Source of the DNA: Octopus vulgaris
Taxonomy: Eukaryota
Assembly (NCBI GenBank): GCA_951406725.2
Contig: OX597816.1
Location: forward strand, 38,998,001-39,062,000
Direction: 5' to 3'
Length of the DNA: 64,000 nt
Shown here: positions 12,661 to 26,765 of the stretch, piece by piece
How positions within the stretch are numbered: position 1 is the first letter of the stretch
Layout: each line of letters opens with the position of its first letter
The notes under the pieces: model-generated
Told to the model about the DNA's origin: nothing
Database searches by the model: none
What the model saw: the letters and a program-made list of their open reading frames with translations, nothing else
Translations under genes and position numbers: made by a program

Positions 12661-13331
12661 TGTGTGTGTATATGTTTGTGTGCCTGTGTTTGTCCTTAAG
12701 AGATCTCTCTTGACATACATACATACATACAAATGAGTGGATAAATGAAAGAAGGGAGTGACATGTATGGATCAAAACAGTTTGATTCAAATTCATTGGC
12801 ACTCTTGAGTTACAAGCACAATGCTAGTCATCAGCCATTTTGAATTTGAATGAAAGAAGTTGATTGTTATTACCGTGAAGTGAGCTGCAATTGGTCGAGT
12901 ACTGGATAACATCCTACAGCTTTGTCAGAGACTTATTTGGGAAAATTACATTTTCAGCACATACAGGCATTGCGAATGAGAAAGTTAATGTTGATGCCTA
13001 TGGAAAGATTTGCCTAAAAGTAGAAAGAAATATGCAAATATATACATGCACTTACACCAGAATGAGAAGTGAAGAAAAGAAAATTTATATAGACATATAG
13101 TCACACAAAGAGCAATATGCTCTACTCTTTTACTTGTTTCAGTCATTTGACTGCAGCCATGCTGGAGCACCACCTTTAGTTGAGCAAATCAACCCCTGGA
13201 CTTATTCTCTGGAAGCGTAGTACTTATTCTATAAGTCTCTTTTGCTAAACTGCTAAGTTATGGGGATGTAAACACACCAGCATCAGTTGTCAAGCGATGT
13301 TGCGGGGACAAACACAGGCACACAAACATAT

Positions 13332-13375
<44 letters not shown>

Positions 13376-14506
13376 CGTAAAATGCACCAATCCGACTGTG
13401 GCCGTTGCCAGCCTCGCCTGGCACCTGTGCAAGTGGCACGTAAAAAGCACCCACTACACTCACGGAGTGGTTGGCATTAGGAAGGGCATCCAGCTATAGA
13501 AACACTGCCAGATAAGACTGGAGCCTGGTGCAGCCTTCTGGCTTCCCAGATCCCCGGTCGAACTGTCCAACCCATGCTAGCATGGAGAACAGACGTTAAA
13601 CGATGATGATGATGATGATATATATATACATATATACGATGGGCTTCTTTCAGTTTCTGTCTACCAAATCCACTCACAAGGCTTTGGTTGGCCCGAGGCT
13701 ATAGTAGAAGACACTTGCCCAAGGTGTCATGCAGTGGGACTGAACCCGGAACCATGTGGTTGGTAAGCAAGGTACTTACCACACAGCCACTCATGTGCCT
13801 AATATATGTATAAATATATATATATATGGGTGGGCAGGTGTGTTTATATATCTGAGTTTGTGCACATTCTTGTGTGTTTGTGTACAGTGTAATTAGTCTC
13901 TTTTGCTGAACTGCTAAGTTACAGGGATGTAAGCACACCAACACTGGTTGTCACACAGAGGTGGGAGATACACACGTACATGACAAGCTTCTTTCAGTTT
14001 CCATTGACCAAATCCACTCACAAGGCTTTGAACAGCATTGAGCTATAGTAGAAGACACTTGCCCCAGGTGACAGTGCAGTGGGATTGAACCCAGAGCCAT
14101 GAGGTTGGGAAACAAGCTTCTTACCATACAATCATGCATGTACACTTCTCTTTGAATTTCCTTCCTAAACTTTAGCTATTTCCACACACCAGTACCATTG
14201 GAGAAACTTAGATTTTGTCTATAACTGCCATCATTACTAACATTACACAAGTCTCTATCTGACATTATCTTGGTTTTATTAATTACTGTCTGAGCTAATT
14301 ATTTCTCCAATATTTTCTCCACCCAGCATTGTCCTCTATATCCTGTGTCTATTTCCTCTGACCATTTGATGGCTCTTTGTGCTTCCATATCTTCTTTCTG
14401 TAAACTAAGTGCATTTAGCTTTTACTCTGAAGTCACTAATCCCCTCTTTTTATCTCATTTCTTGGAGAAAATTAACTACATCTGGCCTCTGCCTGTACAT
14501 GTGTGT

Positions 14507-14541
<35 letters not shown>

Positions 14542-14779
14542 TGCTTTACTGGTAGGGAATGTGGTGGTTAGCTGGTTTCTTGAAATAGTGTTGCAGATGG
14601 TTAGGTCATTAGTGTCACAAAACTCCATGTGGTTTGATCCTTTCTTATATTTCCTATCTCACCCACATTATCTGTATGCACAGCAGAAACCCTCATGTTC
14701 ATTAAAATTACTAGCTGTAATAGTAAAATCTCTGCACAAGGGCTTCATGAAAGCAGCCCTTCTGCTCATAAGCCAGCCC

Positions 14780-15436
14780 TGAATATAATGTGTATGTTGA
14801 AATAAATATCACTGTTGAATTGTTAAAACCATGCCTAATCTTGATTTTCCATATTCTCATTCTAACTATCTTAGTTGCTTTACATTGAGCATCAGCTTTG
14901 TGTTAACATTTGCTGGGCAGCTAATTATCACAACTATGCACAGTTTCTCTTCTTTATTCTAAATCATTCTATAATGTCTGTTTCCCTGAAGTATGTGCTG
15001 TGTACAAGAGATTATCTTATTTACTTTATATCTTATGCATAACACACTTCTACTTCCCTCTTTTCTTGTATGTCTACATTGTTCCATGGCTGACCTTTCA
15101 TTGTGCTGTTGTTGATAGTGGATTCCATTATAGAGTGTCCTAGCTACAACTTCATGTCTCATCAGTAGATAATACCATGATGACATTTTCAGACAACTGC
15201 TTATGATGTGGATGATATCTTCAGTGTTAACTCTATAAAGTCTGCATTGATTGTCACATTTTACTGCTTTTCCTGCATCTCTAACCCTTTTGTGCATTAG
15301 GTACTTGGTTGATATTGCCTGTTCCTGGATTGCAAACACATACTCTTCAAAGTGGGAGGTAGTAATTCGGCTATTGGTCCATGATAAACTGCTTTGATGG
15401 TTAATGTTACTATCATCTTGGAGCTTTCTACTAAAA
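14780..15436 (-). pseudogene. RLE-type (R4/NeSL-like) LINE remnant, 3' part; its upstream part resumes at 17789
   Basis: FAIQEQAISTKY...CRLY..EDIIHIISSC...RH zinc-knuckle region. Joins in frame to EQKTMHGY at 17789-17811 once the Helitron is removed. Confidence 0.8.
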
Positions 15437-17788
15437 CTAGCAGTATAGCCCGGCGTTGCCTAGGATTAAGTTAGGATTATTAAGCTAATCAAGTGCTTTG
15501 CTTCAAACCAAACTAAGTAACACCAATGTAAAATTTGAGTGAAATCCGCTGAAATTGGTAAACATTTGGCTGAAAATGGGTTGCAAACAATTTGATTGGG
15601 AAATCCCATCAGGAATTGGTTTATCGATTTTTCCACTCATCGATTACTTTTTTGGGGGGTGGGGGAGAACTTAAAGCATTCAAAGCTCCCATGAGTCCTA
15701 AGTAATGCTGGCATTAAGTTTGAACAAAATACATCAAAATGTACAAGGAAACGGTTTATCGATTTTTCATCCCGTTTGAATGGAAAACCTGATAAGGAAT
15801 TAGTTTATTGATTTTTCACCCCAAATAGGACTTAACCAAACAACATTGCTGATTCAAAAACATCTATATTTATACTTTAAAGTTGGTTTTCACACCCAAC
15901 CCAGTTCTGCAGAATCAGTGTCATGACAGGAACACATGGGTTGCGAATTTGACCGGCAGTGGTGATCAGGTTGCACATGCTGACCTTTTCGAAACCCCCC
16001 CACCCTTGACCTATGGGTTGGGAGCCCTTCCAGCAAGGAAAATAGAACACCCAAAAGAGCTCCCGATTCTATGTGTCAGAAGAGGCTATGTTCAGATCAC
16101 AACTAAGCCTTAACCTAAATTAGCAAAACGGGGCTCATGAGCCTCTGAAAGGCAGCGACTAATCCCGATCTAGACCTAACCCCTCCTAGGGGTACTACTG
16201 GTCAAGGCTGCATCAAAGATATGCATTGGAGAAGGTTGCCTCAGCAATCTGCATTGGAGACGGTTACATTGAAGGTTTGCATGCCATTATATATATATAT
16301 ATAAAAGTATATGAAAGAATGGAGTTGAACGACTAGTTAACAAATATCCTTTATTCTTAACATATGTTTCGAAGGCTGCATATTCCTAATTCCGAAGGAA
16401 TAAGGAGTACATTATGCAGATTTCTCATCAGGAAAATCAAGGAACTTATGTCGACATCAAAATGCACAAAAAACTTTTAGCTGACCGCTCTCAAGGAGCC
16501 CATGGTGATAATGAGTGTCTCTTTATAAGGAGTGACGTCAGAGTGGCTGAATGTAGAAGAATCTAGAAGGTTCTAAAGGTTCAAGGGTTCAAACGAAGTA
16601 GGAGGAGGGAGGCATAAGAATAGTAAGGTGAGAGAGTGCACATATATATATATAATGTCACATTCTCTACTATATATATATATATTTTTAATAACGAGCC
16701 ATGTAATTCACACTCTGGAAAATTTATTTCTGTAAAATGTTGGGAGTGGGGAAAATTTCCAAGGCTTCCACTTCACCCCACTTCATTTTTTGGACCCCAA
16801 AAAGGGTTTTGTAGCATATTAGGAGGTCACATGAATTCATTCAATGAAAAAAAAAATTTCCAATGATTCCGGGATGGGGGTTCCCCCCTCACCTTACCCC
16901 CCTTTTTTCCGTACCAAAATCAGGGATTTGTAGTATATTAGGAGATCAGGTTACTTGATTCCAAGAGTATTTTTCTTTTTTTCTTAGTGAAAATCTAAAA
17001 ATTTACCCATTGTTTTTCTTTCTTGCCATGGGACAGGTGACTTAACTCATATTAGCAAACTTACGGATTTCACCAACATGGAAATTAGTAAAAGTTATGG
17101 TTGAAAATCGATTTTTACCATTATCCGCAGGTGCCTCAGGGAAAATATGTTGACAAAAAACACGGCCATAATCGTGACCAATGTCCTCCTGAAATTGGAG
17201 TGACGTGTGCTAATTTGTGAGCGTGCATAAATTACATTCACACACACACATCCTGCCTTTTGTAGATAAATAGATAAATAAGTGATTTAGAATAAATATA
17301 TTTTAATTGTTGTGTGAGAAAGTATATATAATCTGATTGTAAAATAGTGTCTTTCAAAAACATCCTAAATTTGAAGACTATATCTCATGTTTAAGAAAAA
17401 AAAAAAATTTTATTTTTGAGGAACGCTGTCACTCTCTCTCCCTCACACACACTTTCTCTTCACATTTTTTTTGTAAGACACTGTCAAACTCTCTCTCTCT
17501 CTCTCCCTCACACATGCACACACACACACTTTCACTTCCTTATGGCATGAAGAGGACTTAACTCATGTTAGCAAACTTCAAAATTGGTATAAGTTATGGT
17601 TGAAAATCAATTTTTACCACTATCTGCAGGTGCCTTGGGAAAAATAAATTGACAAAAACCCAGCTAGGATCATGACGAATATCCTCCTAAAATTGGAGCG
17701 ACATGCGTGCTACTTTTAGGACATGCATAAATTACATTCACACACACACACACACACATCCTGCCTTTTATAGATATACAGATACAGA
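15437..17788 (-). mobile_element. Non-autonomous Helitron (2.35 kb) with nested fragments and an internal duplication
   Basis: 5' TC at 17788; 3' hairpin (cctaggcaacgccggg) + CTAG at 15437; A|T insertion site, no TSD. 17030-17270 is partly duplicated at 17550-17780. Confidence 0.85.
16354..16436 (-). ncRNA. Hammerhead motif with extended stem II capped by cUUCGg
   Basis: UUUUC-CUGAUGA-GAA-AU-CUGCAUA..UCCU-UAUUCC-UUCG-GAAU-UAGGA-A-UAUGCAG-CC-UUC-GAAAC-AUAU-GUU-AAGAA. Core intact, C.A mismatch at the first stem I pair. Confidence 0.72.
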
Positions 17789-19109
17789 TATCCATGCATA
17801 GTCTTCTGCTCATATAGGCTCATCCTTTCATGTGATGCGACATTGTGGTAGAGTCATGCAACTTCTTTGGGCATATATTCTAGGTTATCGGACAAAGAAT
17901 GTATGTATGTATGTATGATTGCATATGTTTGTATATATGTACTTTTAATGATCTTTTTTAGGCATTGCAATACTAAGTTGATGGCAATTCCTCTTCTCTT
18001 GACATTCACTAATTGTGTGTGTGTGTGTCTGTGTGTGTGCATATATGGTACAAAAATAGAAAAAAACATGAAGACAAGGTACAAAAACAAACAGGGTATA
18101 CACTCAGGATTATTAGACAAAGTATTCAACATTTTGAGCATCCTCTCTTCTACAGATAGAATACATGAAAAGTGCGTGTATATATGTGTGTGTGTGTTGG
18201 GGGTCCCCAGGAGGCAAGGACCAAGACCATTTGGCAATATGCCGGGTTTCGAGTGTTGGGTCTCATGGAGGCAATGACTGAGTCCATTTGGCATTATGCC
18301 ATGCTTGAGAAGACCCATCAAGCAAAATGAAATCATGGTCATAGAAGATACCGGTGTCATGCAAATGGCACCCATGCTGGTGGCATGTATAAGCACCCAT
18401 TACACTTTCGGAGTGGTTGTCATTAGGAAGGGCATCCAGCTGTAGAAACCATACTAAAACAGACTGGTGTCTAGTGCAGCCTTCCAGCATGCCAGCCCTT
18501 TTCAAACCATCCAACCCACGCCAGCATGGAGAACAGACATTAAATGATAATGATGATGATGTGTATATATATATATATATATCTTATAAATTTGAGTGAT
18601 ATTTCTCTGTCCATTACGTTTTATGTTCATTAACTCCTCCTAGACCATTGATGCAAGGACAACAAAACTCAAACCAGCAACGCCCCTAATCTCAGGGAAT
18701 GTCCTTAGGGGGTCTATTTTTTTTTAAGGCCCACCTAATTAGAGCCCACTGAACCCCACTATTTTTACTGCATTTTAAACTAAATACATGGCATTGGTGA
18801 CCAAATCAGAGCAATGAAATTGAATTTCATACCATGAACTCCCAGGGAGTATCATAAGGAGGTTAAATTTCTGAAGGGCTGTTTAAATGGGGCCCCACTG
18901 ATCCCCCTATTTTTACTGCATTTACCTCACTCCTACATTTGTGAATTAAACTATGATCAGCATCAGTGCTTAGCACATTTACAGAAATAAGTTTGGGCAT
19001 TCTAAATACCTTCATGTACATTCAAATTGAGATAAAGTGTTATAAAAGGTACATTTCAAGTGTGGTAGTGTGGATATTTGTATTTTGTAGTTTATGAAAC
19101 TTATGTCTA

Positions 19110-19159
<50 letters not shown>

Positions 19160-20244
19160 ATATTCCTCGCTTGATCCTTTATCAACCTCTTGTGATCTCT
19201 ATAGCTGTAACAATTTTTTACTCATGTTTAAATATATAAATGTCATAATTTGAGCTAAATTACACTGTTTTGAACTGTAGTGAAATGGAATGGCTCTCTT
19301 CAATGCAGACCACATGATATCAGTGGGCTAACCTTTGTGTGTGTGTGTGTTTTGCCAGGTGTGCTACAAAACTAATGTAGTATTTTGTTTTATGACAGTG
19401 TTTGAAACTGCATCTGGAGCTATGTACAACTGTTGCTATAACACTAAGTTACCTACTTTTGATGTGTCATAATAAAAATTACATTTTGATTTTCCAACAA
19501 TAACAACCTGCCCTCCATTAAAAATATTTGGCTTTTGTCTGCACCTCTGTTTGATTGTCATCCTTTAAGACATACATACATACACGGATGCACACATATA
19601 AGCACATATTTATATGCACACATATACATACACACTCTCACATTTATTTTCTTCTTTGCCTGCTCTCTATTTTCACATAGACATGCATTTTGTTTCCTCC
19701 CTTCCCCACTCTTTATTTAGATACACACACTCTCATGCACACATATCACTACCCATGCTTCCTCTTCTGTTCCCTTATAGCCACCTTTACAAAAGTCCTG
19801 CCCTATTTTCTTTCAGTTATAAATAGTTTTGGAGACGTCTCAGAAATAATTGATTCAAACAACAGCTCATTTCAACCTATCCATGCACCAATTGCACACA
19901 TGCACTAACACTACTGTTGTCCACATGACATTTCTAATTAAATAACATCCTAATTCCCTTGAAGTTAACTTGAAAGTATCAAGCTATGCATACAGGTGAA
20001 AATATCATTCATGTCACGCACAAAGTTGTTTCAGTCATGTCAACTTTGACATTCAGGAAAGGTAGAAAAAAAAAACTTTGTTTTTCTTCTATTTTCCTAT
20101 TTCATTGTGTGTTTGTGTATGTAAAATTGAGAGGGTAAGAAGAAAGGAAGAAGAATGAGTGTGTGTAATGGGTAATCATAGGATAGGAAAAAAATAAAGT
20201 ATACAAGCATATGCATGTTTTTATCTTTTTTTGTTTTAAAGAAG

Positions 20245-20672
20245 TTGTAAAAAGCACCTTTCGAGCATTGGGCCTCACAGAGGCAATGTGGCCAATGCAG
20301 GTGTCATGTAAAAAGCACCTTTCTGGTGTCGGGCCTCACAGAGACAACATGGCTGATGCTGGTGTCATGTAAAAAGCACCTTTCGAGCATTGGGCCTGAC
20401 AGAGGCAATGTGGCCAATGCCAGTGTCACGTAAAAAGCACCTTTCAAGTGTTGGACCTCACAGAGGCAATGACAGATGACTGAGACCTTTGGCAATATGC
20501 TGTACTTCAGAAGAAAACCCATGAAAGTGGTTGGTGTTAGGAAAGGCATCCAGCCGTAGAAACCATACCAAGTCAGACTGGAGTCTGGTGCAGCCCCCCA
20601 GTTTACCAGCCTGGGTCAAACCGTCCAACCCATTCCAACATGAACAATGGACATTAAATGATGATGATGATG
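20245..20672 (+). mobile_element. RTE 3'-UTR module with four ~60-nt tandem units and (GAT)n tail
   Basis: Repeated gtaaaaagcacctttc... units, then ggtgttaggaaaggcatccagc...ggacattaaatgatgatg. Confidence 0.8.
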
Positions 20673-21781
20673 TTCTACATGCTGTTAAATCTTGAGTAGT
20701 AGATTTAATCTATTGCATAGTACAACACCATCACCTGGCATCTCAAATACCTTTTTAACAGTCCATTCCATTGCAAGCTTTCAGACTAGAGCTGTGTTTT
20801 ATTCTTTTACTTCTTTCAGTCACTTGACTGTGGTCATGCTGGAACCTGCCTTGAGGGGTTTTAGTCAAACAAATTGCACCCCCACCCCTCACCAGGATTT
20901 TTTTTTTATTTTGGGAGCCTAGTACTTATTCTATCAGTCACTTTTACTGAACCGCCAAGATATGGGGACGTAAGCACACCAACACCATTAATCGAGCAGT
21001 GATAGGGGGGACAAACACAGACACAAAGCCACGCATACATAGATACATACATATATATATATATATATATGATGCGCTTTTGAGTTTCTTTCACTTTCCA
21101 TCATCCAAATCCACTCATGGAGCTTTGGTCGGCCTGAGGCTATTAGTAGACACTTGACCAAGGTGCCAAACAGTGGGACTGAACCCGCAACCATGTGGTT
21201 GAGAAGCAAGCTTTTTACCACACAGCCATGCCGGTACCTGTTTTGTAGATACTTCCTCACGTCTTCCCACCAGTGTCTGAGATTCTGCAAAAGGCCATGG
21301 GTAATGCTTTCCTTTTTGACTTAGAAGATTTTAAAAAATATAAATAAAACTTGTATAGCCAATGAGGAAGGGAGCCTGACTTGCCAAAAATAGCAGTCAA
21401 ATCTACTTCAAATCCCACCTCATGCTATCTTAAATATGGAATGATACAATAGATAATGTAGTTCCAGATACCCTTAAATAGATAGGATGATTATGGCTGG
21501 AATATCCTTGGTCTGCTCAACAAAGATTGGCTTGAAGCTACTGTAGAAAACACTTGTCTAAGGTGTCATGCAGTGGGACTGAACCTGAAGCCAAGTTGTT
21601 GGGGAGCATGCTTCTTAACCACACAGCAACACCTGCAGCCTATACACACACATACACACAAACATATACATATGTTGTAATACTTAAATCTGTTGTAATA
21701 CTTACAACATTTAATAAAATGATGTAGTACGAAACGATCGTACCAAATTACTGGAATCATTCTTGTTGCTTATTTTGATTG

Positions 21782-21815
<34 letters not shown>

Positions 21816-22729
21816 TAAATACACATGTCCATAGACACACATCTCTATAAAGCTAAAATACTGTCTTAAGATAGCATGTTAGCACATTTTACAAAAAAAG
21901 TAATTTTTTTAAGGAGATCTAGAGTTTTAGTAGCGTGATTTCTTATAGATATAAAAGAGACAATATATTTATGGTTATGTCACTGAAGCCATGGTCAACC
22001 CTGACTGAGTACACTTTTGATAAAAAGCATTCTAGCCTTAATCATACTGGTTTGTTGTTTGTTATTCTTTTTTTTTTTTTTATGTGAGAGACTATTGCAT
22101 TGTGCAATGTATGGTTTCTTATTTTAAGATGATTGGACGTGATTTTGAAAGACACTTGGTTGCTATCCCTAGTAGGTCAAGTGACTGTTTAAAAACTTCT
22201 TTGATGACACTTCATTTTTATAATTTATGTATTGCAGATTGTGTATACCAGAATATTATCGTAGTTTACAAGGCAGCCATGAAAATCAAAGTTTCTTGAG
22301 AAAGAGAAATGGGATTTTTGAGGCTGCTATCAAACCCTTGCAGTTATTAATAATGTAAATGAGATGGAACAACTGCAACTCAGTGCCATGATCCAAATAC
22401 TCTCTTAGCACTCACCTATCATACTTCTGGAAACCAATCAATAAATTAGTCAGTTACTGTTGGACTGTTAAATTATCTTCTACTTGTTTCAGTCATTGGA
22501 CTGTGCCCATGCTGGAGCTCCACCTTGAAGAGTTTAGTCATACAAATTGACCTCCATACTTTATTTCTTATTCTGTCAGTTTTGTTTGCCAAGCTACTAA
22601 GTTACAGAAATGTAAACAAACCAACACTGTTTGTCCAGCGGGGAACAAACACATACATACACCATTCATACATACATACATACATCATACATGCATAAAT
22701 CATACATACATACGTACGCATGCACGCAG

Positions 22730-23465
22730 TTGTCTGAAAATCTCATCACAGTATTATCTACCGATGAGACATGATGTAGCTAGGACACTCTGTAATGAAA
22801 TCTGTCGGAAGGAAGGATAATCCCAAGGACAAAGAAATAAGAACCCACAGTATGGTAGAAGCCATTGTTACTCATAATAAAAAGGAATACTGGTGGAATG
22901 TACCAGTGAGGACCTCAATAAAATGTAAGCGCAACAGACATTATAGAATGATTTAGAATAAAGAAGAGAAACTGTGCATAGTTGTGATAATTAGCTGCCC
23001 AGCAAATGTTAACACAAAGCTGATGCTCAATGTAAAGGAGAACACCTATGCTGAACTATTGAGAAATCTGCAGTTACTCTATCCACATTACAAGTTCAGG
23101 TTTATACCTGTAATTATTGGGGCCCTGGAATATGTAACACTCAGTCTAAATACCAATCTTGAGAAGTTAGGCTTCTCAAAACCAGAAAGGAGAAAGCTAA
23201 TTTGAAGACAACAGATCCAATCCATCACTGGAATTGTAAAAATCTGTAAAACTTTCTTGAAGTTTATCATTTAAATATATATGAACATGTCTAGATATGC
23301 AACTATATGCATGAGCATACATACATAAAACATACAAATCTGCACTTACATACATACATGCACACAAACAAAACTACCTTGTTGTTGATGTTGAAATTCC
23401 ATTGAAGGTTAGAAACCAGTTCTTTCTCTATTGGCAAGAAATCTTGAAATAAACTGAATAATGAC
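22730..23465 (+). pseudogene. Second RLE-type LINE 3' remnant (same family as 14780-15436)
   Basis: MRHDVARTL..., IISCPANVN..KENTYAELLRNLQLLYPHYKFRFIPVIIGAL, followed by a 3' UTR. Confidence 0.78.
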
Positions 23466-24273
23466 ATGCATGGCGGTGCCCCAGCATGGCTACGGCTCGT
23501 GAGCTGAAACTAGATAATATAATATTCATTCATACACAACTGGAATCTTTCAGTTTCCATTGACCAAATCCATTCACAAGGCTTTGAACAGCTCTGGGCT
23601 ATAGTAGAAGGCACTTGCCCAATGTGTCACGCAGTGAAATTGAACCTAGAACCATGTGGCTGGAAAGCAAACTTCTTACCACACAACCACATGCTTAAAA
23701 TGCAGTTATATTTTTTCTTTATAAAATCATGATCCACATAGTTGAAGGTATTACAATGCTTTAACAACTGCACTAATTATGCAACAACTAGCTTATGATG
23801 AAGGAGGGAACCCTCTAAGTGATAACCTACTAGAAATAGCAGACATATCCCTCTCAAACTGTCACTAAGGTAGAATAGTTAGGTCCAGAACACTTTGATC
23901 ATAGGTCGGCTTGATTGGAGTTGACTTGAAACTAAAAAAACTTCAGCAATATCATCATCAGCATCAGCATCATTTAACATCCTCTTCTCATGTGACATGG
24001 GGTGGTCGGTTTCTAGCAAGTCAGAGAATTGTACCAAGCTCTAGTGTCTGCTTTGGTATGGTTTCTACAGCTGGATGTCCTTCTTTATACCAACTATTTT
24101 ACAGAATGTGTTGCATGCTTTTAATGTTGGCACCAGCAAGGTTGTAAAAAGTGCCCAGTACACCCAATTATAATTAATAAACATACCACAATTTTATTTT
24201 AATATTGGCATTAATTAACTTATTCTTTTTACTTAATTATTTGTTAATGTTTTATTTGCATTTTTTATTACAG

Positions 24274-24378
24274 ATAGGATCGTTAACAGATAAATATCTG
24301 TTTGAACATTCTGGAATAGCAAAACGATCTTTATCACCAAGTCACACGCACCTACAAAAATTATCAAAAGACCAAAAT
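24274..24378 (+). CDS. FURIN: Furin-like proprotein convertase, prodomain exon (phase 0/0)
   Basis: ttacag acceptor, gtgagt donor; 105 nt = IGSLTDKYLFEHSGIAKRSLSPSHTHLQKLSKDQN, which aligns with the furin prodomain segment (..YHFWHRGVTKRSLSPH..). Confidence 0.9.
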
Positions 24379-24850
24379 GTGAGTAACCACTTATTCTCCG
24401 TTCTTTCTTCCTTATTTTCAAACAACAACAAAATATAATAAATACTATTTTTGTTGTTGTTTGACTTCGTTACATTTGGCATAAATACACTTTTAGCTTA
24501 ACTGTTGTTGACTTTCACTTCCTTATTTGTAACCTCTATGAACTTTTAACAACTTCACTCTCTTAACTAATTGTTTTATCTCTTAAGGGCAGTAGATATT
24601 TTAAGGATAAGCTTAGTAGAACTTGAGGCAAAATACTTTGTAGTGATTGCTTGCATCCTTTTGAGGTCACTAAAGCAAGAACCAGTCTATATACAAGAAT
24701 TTAGGTCAATGTAATTAACTGAGTCTTTGAAGATAAACATCAATTAACCCTTTAGCATTCAGATTTTTCTATCAAATGTAACTCTTATTTATTCACAGTA
24801 TTTTGAATTATTCATGCATTATCTCAAGAGATTTTGACGATGTGATTGTT

Positions 24851-25222
24851 ATCTCCACCTTAGCCAAGGCGGTGGTATTGTTTTCAGTCACATTTGTTTG
24901 TTTGTCTGTCTGTAGACAAGATATCTCAAGAACCGCTGGATGGATTCAGATGAAACTTTCCAGGATGTTTGGCCTCATGACTAGTGAAAACTAATCAGAT
25001 TTTAGGATTGATCTAGTACTGGACAGACAAGGATTCTGGATTATTTTTACTGTTTTTTTTTACTTAATGTTTGAGAGCAGTCGGGTTCATTTTAAGTATT
25101 CTAGTTTGTGAGAGCAGTTGAGTTTATTTCAGATATTTTCATTTTAAAAATCATCTCTGGCTAATTGTTGAGAGGACATTGGTGTTGCCTTGGCAGAGGT
25201 TTGCACTCCCTGAGTGCTCTTG
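24851..25222 (+). mobile_element. Helentron-associated (HINE/DINE-1-like) element nested in a TTAA-type MITE
   Basis: Subterminal IRs ctccacc..gccaaggc / gccttggcagagg, (GTTT/GTCT)n near the 5' end, 3' hairpin gcactc-cct-gagtgc. Host ends ttaaccctttagcatt (~24743) / aatgctaaaggattaa (~25267). Confidence 0.7.
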
Positions 25223-26369
25223 TTTATTTTTAGAATGACATTGGGCCAGATAATGCTAAAGGATTAACACCAGTTACTTCAGTTAGCTCAAAGAAGGTAC
25301 TGTAGGGTGGTCTTGACTAAGAGAAGCTAAAGAACCAAGGATTAATGCTGCTACCCCAATTATTTTAATATTAGTTACCTCACTAGTGATTTCACTAGTC
25401 TATTGAAATTAATATAAAATTGGTAATCTCTCATTACTAACTTCATATTAATTTCCTCACTCTCTGATTACTATCATCATATTACTAATAACTCCAAGGC
25501 AGCAAGCTAACAGAATCATTAGCATGCCAGGACATATGCTTAGCAGCCTTTTGTCCATCTGCATGTTCAGATTCTGCTGAGGTCGACTTAGCCATTCATC
25601 CTTTCAGGGTTGATATAATAAGTGCCAGTGGAGTACTGGGGTTGATGTAATTGACTATCCTTCTCCCCTAAAATTTCTGGCCTCATGCCCATAGTAGAAA
25701 GGATATTACTAACTCCCATAATCTGTTGCTACTTCATTGTCATCATCATAATCATTTCAATGTCTAGTTTTCGATTTCTGCATGGATTGGACAGAATTTG
25801 TTGAGGTAGATTTTCTATGCATGGATGGCCTTCCTATTGCCAACTCTCTCCTGTTTCCAAGTAAAGTAATATTTCCCCATGACCAAACATGCACATACAC
25901 ACATATACATGTGCATGTGTATGTATGATATGTTTGCATGTGTGTTTGTGTATACCTGTATACTCTTATCTTGACATCATGTGTTAGTTGTAAACAAGCA
26001 ACATCATCATACATTGTGACATTGTTTACTTCTAGTCTTCTGTGGAAAGCATGACTGGCTATGGGAAGTATCAATTTGCCTGGAAACAAAGGAAGGTTGG
26101 TGACAGGAAGGATCTCTGGTCCAGGGATAACTTTCTTCCTTCTTCCCATCAGAGGCATTGAAAAGGATCATCGGTGCTGCCCTTCCCCCACCTCTGCAGT
26201 CATGAAAAAGAATTGAAACAATCTTCCCAGTGCTACTAAAATCATTTAAAAGTATTCTCCCTGTGATGAAAGGCTTTACTCAAAATATCAGGATTCTTGG
26301 TGCTTTTCCAGTATTACCTCCATACTGCATACATAGACTGCCTTCTTTTCTTTGGCTCTTTTGACATAA

Positions 26370-26765
26370 TCTTTATATATAAAAGTCAAGTTGTGTGTCT
26401 GTCTCCTACGATTTAGATTCCTAACTACTCCCACATTTTGCGGTGCAGTTTAACCAAAACCAGGTATCTTATAGTCGTGATTCACATCGAGCCCTTCTGG
26501 GTATTAGCGCGCGTCTACGATGAGTCTACGATTTTAAAAAATATTTACCAATTTTTTCCATTTTAATGCATTTTTTCACTATTATATAAGGGAAGTAACT
26601 CTCTAAAAATGTCTACGATGAGTCAACGATTTAAAAAAAAATTTACCATCATTTTTTTCCCCATTTTTAATGCATTTTTTTGCTATTTTTTGGCTATACC
26701 TCTCTAAAAATGCTTATATAGTTATTTCCCTTACAAACCTGAGCAACGTCGGGCGATACTGCTCG
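26370..26765 (+). mobile_element. Short non-autonomous Helitron
   Basis: A|TCtttatatataaaag start; 3' hairpin cctgagcaacgtcggg then atactgCTCG|T (CTAG variant). The 3' end is homologous to the Helitron end at 15437. Confidence 0.78.

Noticed and set aside
12797-12837. CUGAUGA-containing hammerhead-like motif on the - strand
   Set aside because: GAAA reads GUAA, the triplet is GUG and stem II is mismatched; compatible with chance.
20245-20470. CRISPR-like look of ~60-nt periodic units (also 29486-29830)
   Set aside because: The intervening sequences are themselves repeated, there are no cas genes, and the context is eukaryotic. These are RTE 3' UTR tandem units.
24205-24438. 77-aa track ORF with a hydrophobic N-terminus that looks like a signal peptide
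   Set aside because: The hydrophobic part is the intronic T-rich acceptor tract, opened by TTG; only 24274-24378 is exon.
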